DNA of 58,650 bases from Alphaproteobacteria bacterium (GTDB taxonomy: Bacteria > Pseudomonadota > Alphaproteobacteria > MPNO01 > UBA830). This document shows, one piece after another, positions 46,536-56,383 of the stretch (the stretch's first letter is position 1; the number at the start of each line of letters is the position of its first letter). Where the stretch lies: positions 1 to 58,650 of the forward strand of contig JAYOEF010000005.1 in NCBI GenBank assembly GCA_038106605.1. Reading direction: 5' to 3'. The notes beneath the pieces are model-generated. The model was given only the letters and a program-made list of their open reading frames with translations, made no database searches and was not told where the DNA came from. Both the position numbers and the translations under genes were made by a program.

Positions 46536-47687
46536 TCAGGCCGCCATCTGCGATGGCTCGGGCCCCGTGAGACCAAACATTTCAAGGCAGCGGTCGAAGA
46601 CGATGCGGCGCCGGATCGCGGGGTCGATCCCCTCGAAAATCCGGTCGATCACGGGGTCGACGTTCGGCCAGATGCCCTGTTCGTGCGGATAGTCTGCACC
46701 CCACATCAGGATGTCCGCAAGTCCCGATTCCGGATGCTGGAGCAGCATTCCGGCGACGTAATCCTCCTCGAAGGTGATCGTCACCTGGCGGCGGACATAG
46801 TCGCTCGGCCGCTCCTTGAGGCCGGTCTCCTTGTAGAGGCTGGGCCGTTCCTCGGCCTGGCGGTCCATCCAGTAGAGCAGCATCGGCGCCCAGCCCGCGC
46901 GGCATTCGCCGTAGGAATATCTCAGCTTCGGATGGCGCATCAGCGTGCCGGAATAGGCGAGCTGCGAGATCGGCTTGGCGGCGCTGAACGGCACGCACGA
47001 GAAATAGGCCATGCGGACGCCGTGGTCGGTCTGCGGGTAGGGCGCGCCGGCGCGGTCGCCGATATGGCTGCAGACGGTGACGTTTCCGTCCTCGCACGCC
47101 GACCAGAAGGGCTCCCAGCAGTCTTCCCAGATCTCCTTCGACATATCGGCGACCGGGAATTCGACGGCCTTGCAGCCGAGCTTCTTCATGCGCTCGAGTT
47201 CGGCGAGCGCCGCTTCGGGATCGAACACCGGCATGATCGGAAGCATGAGAAGGCGGTCCGGATGGACGCCGTTCATCTCCATCATCCAGTCGTTGTAGAC
47301 CCGGTGGATCTCGTGGCGGAGCGGGAGGTCCTTCACCTCCCACTTGCGGACGGCCGCGTAGCCGACATAGGCCCAGATACCCGCCATGTCCATGTGCTTG
47401 AGGATGAGCTCGGCGTCCGCCGGCGGCAGCGCGCCGTCGGGAAGGTTCTTCGCGTGCTCGCCGTAGTATTTGTTCAGGATCTTGCGGTTGTCGGGGCTGT
47501 CCGCGGCGCCGCCGTCGCGGCCGCCGAACACCTTGCCCTCCCACACCCAGACCCAGGCGCCGTCGTCGTTCACGACCTTGGGCGCGTTCTCGCGGAATTT
47601 CGCCGCGACCCGGTCTTGCCAAAGGTTGGCGGGGATCCAGCGCTGATCGATGTGGTTGTCGGCGGAGTTGAAGCGGTAGGACGTCAT
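46536..47687 (-). CDS. Amidohydrolase_2-family metalloenzyme
   Basis: SADNH, YNDW, SHIG, EC.AGW, WGADYPH. Confidence 0.88.
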   Translation of the reverse strand: MTSYRFNSADNHIDQRWIPANLWQDRVAAKFRENAPKVVNDDGAWVWVWEGKVFGGRDGGAADSPDNRKILNKYYGEHAKNLPDGALPPADAELILKHMDMAGIWAYVGYAAVRKWEVKDLPLRHEIHRVYNDWMMEMNGVHPDRLLMLPIMPVFDPEAALAELERMKKLGCKAVEFPVADMSKEIWEDCWEPFWSACEDGNVTVCSHIGDRAGAPYPQTDHGVRMAYFSCVPFSAAKPISQLAYSGTLMRHPKLRYSYGECRAGWAPMLLYWMDRQAEERPSLYKETGLKERPSDYVRRQVTITFEEDYVAGMLLQHPESGLADILMWGADYPHEQGIWPNVDPVIDRIFEGIDPAIRRRIVFDRCLEMFGLTGPEPSQMAA

Positions 47688-47714
47688 TCTTCCATTTACC
47701 TCGGTTTAAACGGT

Positions 47715-47745
47715 CCGGCTCCCCGCAGACTGCGCGGGGAGCCGG
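47715..47745. other. Intercistronic stem-loop after the Bug gene (mRNA stabiliser or attenuator)
   Basis: CCGGCTCCCCGC-N7-GCGGGGAGCCGG, 12-bp stem. Confidence 0.6.
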
Positions 47746-47773
47746 TTCGTGACAAGACGGTCTGTTGCAGGTC

Positions 47774-48802
47774 TTACTTGCCGTAAACGATCTTACTCGC
47801 GGCGGCGACGACCTCGGGCTTTGCGTTGTCGAGGGCGTCGTTCACGGCCTTCTGAACCTCCTCGCCCGACGAGGCGATGATGCGGAGCTTGCGCTTCTTG
47901 GCGTCGGCCAGGAAGGCGGGGTCCGCGACCATCTTTTCCCAGGCGGCGCGCATCGCCTTGACCGCGGGCTCCGGCGTGCCCGCCGGGGCGGCGAGGCCGC
48001 GCCCGATCAGGCCGAGCGTGCCGATGAAATTGACCATCGGCTTGTACTTGGGGTCTGCGACGTCCTGCATCATCGGTACGTCGGCGAGGTCGGGATCCTT
48101 GAAGTAGCCGACCTGGAGGACGGGCACCGCGAAGGCGTCCTCCTTGGTGAACCAGCGCTCGAAGCCCGATTTCCAGAACAGCCAGTTGAAGGCGGCGCCC
48201 CGGACCTCGCCCTGGTCGACGGCGAGGCCGACCTTGGCCGAGCCCTTGTAGCCCGAGACGATCTTCATCTTGGTGCCGAGCACGCCGTTGACGAAGCTCG
48301 GGATGATGTAGGCGGTCGAGGCGAGGCCGGTGTTGCCCATGGGAACCTCGGTATTGCGGAGGTCCTCCCACTTCTTCACGCCGGTGTCGGTGCGGACGAC
48401 GACGATGACGTTCGTCTGGTTGGCGGTGCCGATCCAGTGGAACTTGCGGGCGTCGTACTTCGCCTTCTCGGGCTGCATCAGCTGCACGATCGCCGTGGTG
48501 TCGGGCGGGACGAAGTAGTTGTACCCGTCGGCGACCATGGCATTGCCGACGTAATTGAGCGCGGTCAGACCGCCGGCGCCGGGGCGCGACTCGACGATGA
48601 CGGTCGGTCCGCCCGGAATGTATTTCTTCATGTGATCGGCGAACATCTGGGCGTACTTGCCGTAGGTGCCGCCGACGCCGAAGCCGATGACGATCTTCAC
48701 CTGCTTGTCTTTGAAATCGAAATCCGCCGCCTTGGCGGGAAGGGAGATCGCTGTCGCGAGAAGTGCGGTCCCCAGGAGACCGATTGTTTTCCGTCCGATC
48801 AT
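47774..48802 (-). CDS. Bug/TctC-family tricarboxylate-transporter substrate-binding protein
   Basis: Signal peptide; GFGVGG, PGAGG, ADGY, GYKGSA..LA...GEV, P.GTP. Confidence 0.9.
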   Translation of the reverse strand: MIGRKTIGLLGTALLATAISLPAKAADFDFKDKQVKIVIGFGVGGTYGKYAQMFADHMKKYIPGGPTVIVESRPGAGGLTALNYVGNAMVADGYNYFVPPDTTAIVQLMQPEKAKYDARKFHWIGTANQTNVIVVVRTDTGVKKWEDLRNTEVPMGNTGLASTAYIIPSFVNGVLGTKMKIVSGYKGSAKVGLAVDQGEVRGAAFNWLFWKSGFERWFTKEDAFAVPVLQVGYFKDPDLADVPMMQDVADPKYKPMVNFIGTLGLIGRGLAAPAGTPEPAVKAMRAAWEKMVADPAFLADAKKRKLRIIASSGEEVQKAVNDALDNAKPEVVAAASKIVYGK

Positions 48803-49027
48803 GTAAGCCTCTCCTGTTTTTAATCTCGGTAAGGTTGGTTCCCTATCGTCGGATCCGCTTTTGGAGGTCCTTCGGCGCCCGTCGTTTCCGGAGCGTTAGA
48901 GGTTCGTCCATACGGATTGCTTATGGTTCTAAGTAATTGTTATCAGTCGATATGTCGATTTGCAACTTGACGCGTCGGGGCCCCGGCGGCTAATTCCGCG
49001 TCGTTCCTGACTTTCTTGTGGATTTGG

Positions 49028-49339
49028 ATGATGCCTGACGTTCGTGTCTACCAGCCGCGCAAGAACGCGATGCAGTCCGGCCGCGCCCGTACCCGCCAGT
49101 GGCTCGTCGAGTTCGAACCGGGCGCGCAGCAGCGCAACGATCCGCTCATGGGCTGGGTCGGGCAGGGCGATACGCGGAACCAGCTCCGCATGCGCTTCGA
49201 CACCCGCGAGGCGGCGGTCGCGTTCTGCGAGAAGCACGGGCTCTCCTACCAGGTCAGCGAACCCAAGGCGCGGCGGACGCAGCACAAGTCCTATTCGGAC
49301 AATTTCAAGTACGACCGGGACAAGAACTGGACGCACTGA
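49028..49339 (+). CDS. ETC complex I accessory subunit (NDUFS4 homologue)
   Basis: KNAMQSG, DPLMGW, F.T.E.AVAFC, Y.DNF. Confidence 0.92.
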   Translation: MMPDVRVYQPRKNAMQSGRARTRQWLVEFEPGAQQRNDPLMGWVGQGDTRNQLRMRFDTREAAVAFCEKHGLSYQVSEPKARRTQHKSYSDNFKYDRDKNWTH

Positions 49340-49382
49340 GCGTCCGCTTTCTACCGAACCTGTTTTCGCAACATATTGAAAC

Positions 49383-49405
49383 AAAACGGCGTTTTGCGCC
49401 GTTTT
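49383..49405. terminator. Intrinsic terminator
   Basis: AAAACGGCG-ttttg-CGCCGTTTT. Confidence 0.6.
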
Positions 49406-49565
49406 CTTGCGTGGCCAAACGAATCCGCGTGACCGGACCGGGCTTCGCGGATAGCATTTTCCCGGCAGCAACGGCGGACGGATCCGAACCTGAGCCTAAC
49501 CGGGCGGACCCGCGGCGCGAAAAACCGACTGGCTTGCCGATAAACCGATAGGCGAGGGAAATCCA

Positions 49566-50018
49566 ATGGTTGCTTTTACCGTCAACGGAAAGGCGCAGAA
49601 CGTCGGCGCGGACGGCGACACGCCGCTGCTTTGTGCGCTGCGCGAACATCTGAAGCTCACCGGAACCAAATTCGGTTGCGGTGCCGGTCTTTGCGGCGCC
49701 TGCACCGTCCATGTCGACGGCAAGGCCGTGTTCTCGTGCCAGACCGCGCTGTCGGCGGTCGAGGGCAAGGCAGTCACGACCATCGAGGGCCTGTCGCCGA
49801 CGGGAGAGCATCCGCTGCAGAAGGCCTGGGTCGCCGAGCAGGTGCCGCAGTGCGGCTATTGCCAGTCCGGCCAGATCATGCGCGCTGCCGAGCTTCTCTC
49901 GGAGAAGAAGAACCCGAGCCGGGACGAGATCGTCACGCACATGAACCGCAACATCTGCCGTTGCGGCACGTATCCCCGCATCGTCCGCGCGATCCAGCGC
50001 GCGGCGAAGGAGGCGTGA
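49566..50018 (+). CDS. Molybdenum oxidoreductase 2Fe-2S small subunit (IorA-like)
   Basis: [26 protein letters not shown]. Confidence 0.93.
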   Translation: MVAFTVNGKAQNVGADGDTPLLCALREHLKLTGTKFGCGAGLCGACTVHVDGKAVFSCQTALSAVEGKAVTTIEGLSPTGEHPLQKAWVAEQVPQCGYCQSGQIMRAAELLSEKKNPSRDEIVTHMNRNICRCGTYPRIVRAIQRAAKEA

Positions 50019-50020
50019 TC

Positions 50021-52231
50021 ATGAACGGGATTTCGAAGATCCAGGCCCCCGAGCTCACCGTCAGCCGCCGCGGCTTCATGGCCGGCACGGCGGGCCTCAC
50101 CTTCGCGTTCTCCGTCTCCGGCCTCGTCACCGAGGCGATGGCGGCGATGGGCAAGGACGGCGACAACCGCCTCAACGCCTACGTCACCGTCCACACGGAC
50201 GACACCATCACCATCGTCGCGCCGGCGGCCGAGATGGGGCAGGGCATCATGACCTGCCTGCCGCTCATCGTCGCCGAGTACATGGACGCCGACTGGAGCA
50301 AGGTGAAGGTCGAGATGGCCGGCGCCGACCACAAGCTCTACGGCAATCCGAAATTCGGCGGGATCCAGACGACCGTGGCCTCGCTCTCGGTCATGGGCTA
50401 CTGGACGCCGCTTACGACCGTCGGCGCGCAGTCGCGTCAGGTGCTGATCGAGGCGGCCGCACAGAAGTGGGGCGTGCCCGCCGCCGAGGTGACGACCGAG
50501 CCGAGCCGCGCGGTCCACAAGGCGTCCGGCCGGTCGATGAGCTACGGCGAGATCGCCGCGTTCGCGAACCCGCCCGCGGAGATGCCCAAGGTCGATCCGG
50601 CGACCGTGAAGACGCCCGCGACCTACCGGCTTCTCGGCAAGGACGTCGGGCGCGTCGACGTGCCGTCCAAGACCAACGGCACGGCGGTCTACGGTATGGA
50701 CATCCAGCTGCCCGGCATGCTCTACGCCGCGATCCAGCGCTCGCCGGTCTCGAAGGCGAAACCCGTCTCGGTGAACGAGGCGGAGATCCTGAAGGTCAAG
50801 GGCGTGCGCAAGGTCGTGAAGCTGCCCTACGGAGTCGCGGTCGTCGGCGACACCGTTGAGGCGACGAAGGCGGGCCGCGCCGCGCTCGAGACCAAGTGGT
50901 CCGACGCACCGGGCGACGGCTTCACGTCGGATAAGGCCATCGAGGACTACCGCAAGTCGGGCCGCGACGCCTCGAAGGCGGGCGTCGTCTGGAAGTCGAA
51001 GGGCGATGCCGCCGCGGCCATCAAGGGCGCCGCGACGGTGAAGTCGTTCGAATACACGAGCGAGCACACCTACCACGCCCAGATGGAGCCGATGAACGCG
51101 ACCGCGTTCGTCGCGCCTGACGGCAAGTCGGCGGAGGTCTGGGCCTCGACCCAGTCGCCCACGCTCGCCCAGCTCGTCGGCGCCAAGGTGCTCGGTACCG
51201 CGCCGCCCAACGTCAAGGTCCATCCGCAGCTGATCGGCGGCGGCTTCGGCCGACGCTCGCAGCCGGACTTCGTCGTCGACGCGATCCTGATCTCGAAGAT
51301 CGTCGGCGGCGGTACGCCGATAAAGGTGATCTACAGCCGCGAGGACGATCTCGCCGCGGGCCGGATGCGTCCGATGACGGCGCACCGGATCGACGTCGGC
51401 CTCGACGGGGCCGGCAACGTCGTCGGCTGGAACCACCGGGTCGTCGGCGAATCCGCCATCGCCTACATGAGCCCCGAACGGCTGGAGAAGTCGGGCGGCA
51501 AGGACGTGCTCGTCATGGCGGGCTCGGAGCTGCCGCACTACGGCATCCCCAACTGGTCGGCCGAGCATGTGCGCGAGAACCGGGGCGCCCGGCTCTCGGC
51601 ATGGCGCGGCATCGGCGCGGGCTATACCAAGTTCGCGATCGAGACGACCAACGACCGGCTCGCGACCGAGGCGAAGATGGACCCGGTCGAGTACCGGATG
51701 ATGCTGCTGACGAGCGAGAAGGCGCGGAACGTGCTGAAGGCCGCCGCCGACATGGCGGACTGGAAGCGGAAGCGCAAGGGCACCGCCCTCGGCATCGCGT
51801 TCTCTGAACTCCACACCTCGATCGCGGCGGGCGTCGCCGAGGTCTCGGTCGACAGCGACGGGAAGATCCGCGTCCATAACTTTTGGATGGCGGTCGATCC
51901 CGGCATCGCGCTGCAGCCCGACAACATCGTGGCCCAGATGGAATCGAACATCGTCTACGGGCTCAGCCAGTCGCTGAAGGAGCAGGCGACGCTCACCGAC
52001 GGCGTTGTCCAGCAGAGCAACTTCCACGACTACGAGGTGTTCCGCCAGGAAGACGTGCCGAATATCGAGGTCCGCGTGATGGCGCAGGGCGGCATCGCGG
52101 GCGGCATCGGGGAGCTCGGCCTGCCGCCGACCGCTCCGGCTGTCGCGAATGCCGTGCGCGCCCTCAACGGCGCGAAGCTCGCGCACATGCCGTTCACCCC
52201 CGAACGCGTAAAAGCCGCAATGAAAGGGTAG
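50021..52231 (+). CDS. Molybdopterin-binding large subunit (IorB-like) with Tat signal
   Basis: SRRGFM twin-arginine motif, EMGQG, HAQMEP, GGGFGRR, WRG, QSNFHDY, GIGE. Confidence 0.92.
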   Translation: MNGISKIQAPELTVSRRGFMAGTAGLTFAFSVSGLVTEAMAAMGKDGDNRLNAYVTVHTDDTITIVAPAAEMGQGIMTCLPLIVAEYMDADWSKVKVEMAGADHKLYGNPKFGGIQTTVASLSVMGYWTPLTTVGAQSRQVLIEAAAQKWGVPAAEVTTEPSRAVHKASGRSMSYGEIAAFANPPAEMPKVDPATVKTPATYRLLGKDVGRVDVPSKTNGTAVYGMDIQLPGMLYAAIQRSPVSKAKPVSVNEAEILKVKGVRKVVKLPYGVAVVGDTVEATKAGRAALETKWSDAPGDGFTSDKAIEDYRKSGRDASKAGVVWKSKGDAAAAIKGAATVKSFEYTSEHTYHAQMEPMNATAFVAPDGKSAEVWASTQSPTLAQLVGAKVLGTAPPNVKVHPQLIGGGFGRRSQPDFVVDAILISKIVGGGTPIKVIYSREDDLAAGRMRPMTAHRIDVGLDGAGNVVGWNHRVVGESAIAYMSPERLEKSGGKDVLVMAGSELPHYGIPNWSAEHVRENRGARLSAWRGIGAGYTKFAIETTNDRLATEAKMDPVEYRMMLLTSEKARNVLKAAADMADWKRKRKGTALGIAFSELHTSIAAGVAEVSVDSDGKIRVHNFWMAVDPGIALQPDNIVAQMESNIVYGLSQSLKEQATLTDGVVQQSNFHDYEVFRQEDVPNIEVRVMAQGGIAGGIGELGLPPTAPAVANAVRALNGAKLAHMPFTPERVKAAMKG

Positions 52232-52268
52232 GCGCGTCCGGGGTACGTTTCCGGGAGGAAACGTTCGG

Positions 52269-52309
52269 CAGGGCCCGCGGCGGAAACGTCGCGGGCCCTG
52301 TTCGTTTTT
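52269..52309 (+). terminator. Intrinsic terminator
   Basis: CAGGGCCCGCGGCG-gaaa-CGTCGCGGGCCCTG-TTCGTTTTT. Confidence 0.8.
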
Positions 52310-53417
52310 ACGCCGAGAGAGTCCCGAGACCGCGAACGGCGCGCCTGAGGATCTGGCGGCCGCGCACCCAGACTAGTTCCTTCCAGTCGTCCTCGTCGGG
52401 ATAGAGCGCCTTTCGCACCTGGCGCTTGATCTCGCGGCCCAGTTCCGACCGCGGATCGCCCTTCGCGTGCAGCCAGTTGTCGGCGATTAGCGCCATCAGC
52501 ACCTCGCGCACCGAATAGGTGCCGAACTCGACGGTGAGGCTGGTCACCTCGGTTTCCGTCCCGGACATGCGTCGCCGCAGCCCCGAGCCGATGGTTCCCG
52601 TGAGCGGCGCGGACGTCGCCTGTCCCTCGGACGGCGTCGACAGGCCGTTCGTGAACCAGGCGCTCACCCGGTCGCCGTGGGCGCTGCCGGGGCGCGTCAT
52701 GCCGATCAGCTCGCCCGTGCCGTAGGGGCCGAGGCCGGTATGCCAGTCGAGGAAAAGGACATGCTTCGCGCCCACGACATGCGCCTCGACGATCTCCAGG
52801 AAGCGCCGGTGCGCGCCGGTCGGCTCGCGCCCGCCGAAGAAAATGCCGTCGGGATGATCGTACTGCCCGCCGGTCAGCACCGACTGGAGCCGGTAGGCCG
52901 ACGTCTCGCGTGCGTAGGCTTCGAGCTTCTCCGTGGTGTCCCTGATGTCCCGCTCGGTCCAGCCGTCCGGCAGCACCGTGGAATGGAGCTTTGAATACTC
53001 CTCGTTCTTCGGGTGGCCCTGTGCGTGGTCGACGAAGTTGCGGTTGAGGTCGACGTTCTCCTCGGTCGTGCGCCGCAGCCAAGCGAAGCCGTCGCAGTTG
53101 AGCGCGTGGATGAGGACGACGCGCACGCCCTTGGGAAGGTTCGCCGCCTCGCCCGAGGCGAGCCATCCGGTGAACACGCCCGATCCGCAGAAGCCCTCGA
53201 CGCCATGCGTCGCCGAGTTGCAGAGGAGGACGTGCGGTGCGTCGGCGGGGCCGAGGAGCGCGACGTCGGTATAGACCGGCTCGCCGTCCGGCCCGTCCGA
53301 CCCAGCCGGGTAGGCCAGCAGCATCGCGCCGGCGCTTTCGGCCGCATCGCGGAAGGCGGCGCGGCCGCTCCGGTAATCCGGTGGGAAATATCCTGTGCTG
53401 GGAAAGGCGCTCGACAT
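52308..53417 (-). CDS. M14-like zinc metallopeptidase (DUF2817 family)
   Basis: THGVEG, RR...NVDLNRNF, D.HTGLG, EFGT; start uncertain (53417-53462). Confidence 0.85.
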   Translation of the reverse strand: MSSAFPSTGYFPPDYRSGRAAFRDAAESAGAMLLAYPAGSDGPDGEPVYTDVALLGPADAPHVLLCNSATHGVEGFCGSGVFTGWLASGEAANLPKGVRVVLIHALNCDGFAWLRRTTEENVDLNRNFVDHAQGHPKNEEYSKLHSTVLPDGWTERDIRDTTEKLEAYARETSAYRLQSVLTGGQYDHPDGIFFGGREPTGAHRRFLEIVEAHVVGAKHVLFLDWHTGLGPYGTGELIGMTRPGSAHGDRVSAWFTNGLSTPSEGQATSAPLTGTIGSGLRRRMSGTETEVTSLTVEFGTYSVREVLMALIADNWLHAKGDPRSELGREIKRQVRKALYPDEDDWKELVWVRGRQILRRAVRGLGTLSA

Positions 53418-53503
53418 GCGGGGGAACATGGCGAATTGGGGGTATGGCTGTCCAGTTTCCATTCCGCTATGCCTGAACGCGAAACCGACCGGAGGAGGGT
53501 GCC

Positions 53504-54853
53504 ATGCGCACCTGGATCAGGAACCCGCTCGCGATTTTCGCGGGAGGCGGAGAGGGTGCGGCGGACGGCGGCCTCGTCGTCGAGGACGGCGCGATCGCGG
53601 AGCTCGTTCCCGCCGGTGTATCGCCGTCGTCGCCTTGCGACGAGACGTTCGACGCCTCGGCGCACGTTGTCCTGCCCGGGCTCATCAACACGCACCATCA
53701 TTTCTACCAGACGCTGACCCGCGCCTACGGCCCCGCGCTCGACAAGGAACTGTTCGACTGGCTGAAGACGCTCTATCCGGTCTGGGCCGGTCTCGACGCG
53801 GAGGCGCTCGACGTCGCGACGCGGCTCGCGCTTGCCGAGTTGCTGCTGTCCGGCTGCACCACGGCGGCGGATCACCACTATGTCTTTCCGGCGGGGCTGG
53901 AGGAGGCGGTCGATATCCAGGCATCTGCCGCGAAGGATCTCGGCGTCCGGGTAACGTTGACCCGCGGTTCGATGAACCTCTCGGTCGAGGACGGCGGGCT
54001 TCCTCCGAAATCCGTCGTGCAGGACGCGGACGCGATCCTCGCCGACAGCGCGCGCGTGATCGCGAAATTCCACGAGGCGGGGCCGGGCGCCATGGTCCAG
54101 GTCGCGCTCGCGCCGTGCTCGCCTTTCTCGGTGACGCGCGAGATCATGTGCGACACGGCGGACCTCGCAGACCGGGAAGGCGTTCGGCTTCACACCCATC
54201 TCGCCGAGACCGAGGACGAGAACGTCTTCTGCCGCGGAATGTTCGGCTGCCGGCCGCTCGACTACCTGGAGGAGGTCGGCTGGCTGACCGGCCGGACCTG
54301 GCTCGCGCACGGCATTCATTTCGACGATGCGGAAATCGCGCGGCTGGGGAAAGCCGGCGTCGGCATCGCCCATTGTCCGGGCTCGAACATGGTGCTCGCC
54401 TCGGGACTTTGCAGGGGCATCGAACTGGAGGAGGCGGGCGCGCCGGTCGGGATCGGCGTCGACGGCTCGGCGTCGGAAGACGCGTCGAACCTGATGCAGG
54501 AGGTGCGGCACGCGCTCCAGATCGAGCGGCTGCGCTACGGCGCCGCGCGGGTGAGCCACCGCGACGTGCTGCGCTGGGCGACGGAAGGCTCGGCGCGTTG
54601 CCTCGGGCGCGACGACATCGGCGTCATCGAAGTGGGGAAACAGGCGGACCTCGCGCTGTTCCGCCTCGACGAGCCGCGTTTCTCGGGAGCGGGTGATCCG
54701 CTCGCGGCTCTCGTGCTGTGCGGCGCGCACCGCGCCGACCGGGTGATGGTTGGCGGCAAATGGCGCGTGGTCGACGGTGCCATCGTCGGCCTCGACCTCG
54801 ACGCGCTGATGGCGCGCCACCGTTCGGCGGCGCGCCGTCTCACCGGTCTTTAG
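53504..54853 (+). CDS. 8-oxoguanine deaminase (amidohydrolase)
   Basis: HHHFYQ, APCSPFS, HTHLAE, HCP.SN, GVDGSAS; GGAGG RBS. Confidence 0.85.
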   Translation: MRTWIRNPLAIFAGGGEGAADGGLVVEDGAIAELVPAGVSPSSPCDETFDASAHVVLPGLINTHHHFYQTLTRAYGPALDKELFDWLKTLYPVWAGLDAEALDVATRLALAELLLSGCTTAADHHYVFPAGLEEAVDIQASAAKDLGVRVTLTRGSMNLSVEDGGLPPKSVVQDADAILADSARVIAKFHEAGPGAMVQVALAPCSPFSVTREIMCDTADLADREGVRLHTHLAETEDENVFCRGMFGCRPLDYLEEVGWLTGRTWLAHGIHFDDAEIARLGKAGVGIAHCPGSNMVLASGLCRGIELEEAGAPVGIGVDGSASEDASNLMQEVRHALQIERLRYGAARVSHRDVLRWATEGSARCLGRDDIGVIEVGKQADLALFRLDEPRFSGAGDPLAALVLCGAHRADRVMVGGKWRVVDGAIVGLDLDALMARHRSAARRLTGL

Positions 54854-56205
54854 GCGGCCAGCGGCACGCCCTTCAGGATCTTGCGGGCGGACTTGGCGAG
54901 CTCGTCCATCTTCGCGTCCAGCCCGCGATACTTCAGCTTCTTGTTCTGCTTCAGGATGCGGCCCGCGACCATCACCGTGTCGACGTTGCCGCCGTTGGCG
55001 TGGAATACGACCGTCTCCAGCGGGTTGTTGACCGGGAAGAGGTTGAGGTCGCGGCCGTTGATCATGATCACGTCGGCCTGCTTGCCGGGCGTCAGCGTGC
55101 CGATGCGGTCGTTGAGGCCGATCGCGCGTGCGGAATCGATTGTCGCCCATTCGAGCGCTTCCCGCGGAGAGATCGAGATGTGCACGGCGGGCGCTTTCGT
55201 CGCGGCGAGCGTCGCGCGGTTGTCGAGCATTCGCTGCGGCTGCAGCGCCATGCGCATCACCGTGAACATGTCGCCCGAGATGTTGGATTCGACATCGACG
55301 CCGAGCGAGGGGCGGGCGCCGAGCGCGCGCACGCGGCCGATCAGCGGATTGCCGTGGCCCATCTGGATCTCGACCTCGGGGGTGACGGTGACCGAGGCGC
55401 CGGAGCCGACGACGATCGCGAGCTCTTCGTCCGGGATGTAGTTGCCGTGCACCATGTTGTGCTTCGGCCCGAGCAGGCCGAGCTTGGCGAGCCTTGCGTA
55501 GCCGTCCGGATTGAGGCGCGTCGGTGCGCCCCAGACGTGGGTGCTGATCAGGAGATCGAGTTCGCGCGCGAGGCGGAAGTCGTGCTCGCACACGTCCCAG
55601 ACCGAGAAATCGACGCCGAGCGCCGCCATGGCGAGGGTGACGAGGCCCGCATCGTCCGACAGCGCGCCTTTGCGCAGCCGTTCGAGCTCCGAGCGCGGGT
55701 GCGGGATGTGGGTGAAGGGCAGGGCGCCTTCCTTGGCGTCGGGCTTGGGCGAGCCGTGGCCGAACACGGCCCGGATGCCGGTCTCCTTCAGTGCGTCGAT
55801 CGCCGCATCGGTATGGCGCGGCGTCGCGTTGTTGTGGCACCAGTCGAAGATGGTCGTGGCGCCGTTCGAGATCTGGTTGAGCGCGCCGACGAGGTTGCCG
55901 AGATAGGTGTCCTTCGCCGTGTAGCGGGGCGCGATCTTCGCGTGCATCTCGTGGAGATATTCGATGATCGACCAGTTGCCGGCGACGCCGCGGATGCCGG
56001 TCTGCCAGGTATGGATATGGGCGTTGACGAAGCCGGGCAGGACGATCATGCCGCTCGCGTCGACGATTTTGGCGTCGGCGGCGCGGATCGACTTCGCGAC
56101 CTTCTCGATCCGGCTTCCGTTCACGAGGATGTCGCCCTTCGCGAAATCGCCGATCTTCGGATCCATCGAGAGGATCGTTCCGCCCCTGATCAGTGTCTTC
56201 TTCAT
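54850..56205 (-). CDS. Deaminase-type amidohydrolase of unknown substrate
   Basis: PGFVNAHIHTWQ, DWCHN, THV, VHGN, TPEVE.QMG, GVDVE, GKQAD. Confidence 0.88.
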   Translation of the reverse strand: MKKTLIRGGTILSMDPKIGDFAKGDILVNGSRIEKVAKSIRAADAKIVDASGMIVLPGFVNAHIHTWQTGIRGVAGNWSIIEYLHEMHAKIAPRYTAKDTYLGNLVGALNQISNGATTIFDWCHNNATPRHTDAAIDALKETGIRAVFGHGSPKPDAKEGALPFTHIPHPRSELERLRKGALSDDAGLVTLAMAALGVDFSVWDVCEHDFRLARELDLLISTHVWGAPTRLNPDGYARLAKLGLLGPKHNMVHGNYIPDEELAIVVGSGASVTVTPEVEIQMGHGNPLIGRVRALGARPSLGVDVESNISGDMFTVMRMALQPQRMLDNRATLAATKAPAVHISISPREALEWATIDSARAIGLNDRIGTLTPGKQADVIMINGRDLNLFPVNNPLETVVFHANGGNVDTVMVAGRILKQNKKLKYRGLDAKMDELAKSARKILKGVPLAA

Positions 56206-56340
56206 CGCCGTCCGTACTCCCTTCGTTGCGCGCGAGCGCAATTCGCGCTTTGCTGCCCTTTATGATCCGATTGCCGCCGTATGTGTTTGGTGTTGGCTTT
56301 CCGGCGGCTCTCCGCGATAATAACTTTCATAGCAAAGAAG

Positions 56341-56358
56341 TGTGCAATCGTTTGCACA
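56341..56358. promoter_or_regulatory. LacI-family-type operator
   Basis: Palindrome TGTGCAA-TCGT-TTGCACA with central CG, in the divergent amidohydrolase/TRAP intergenic region. Confidence 0.7.
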
Positions 56359-56383
56359 TAAAAAGTAACCCGGAGGTAACGTC

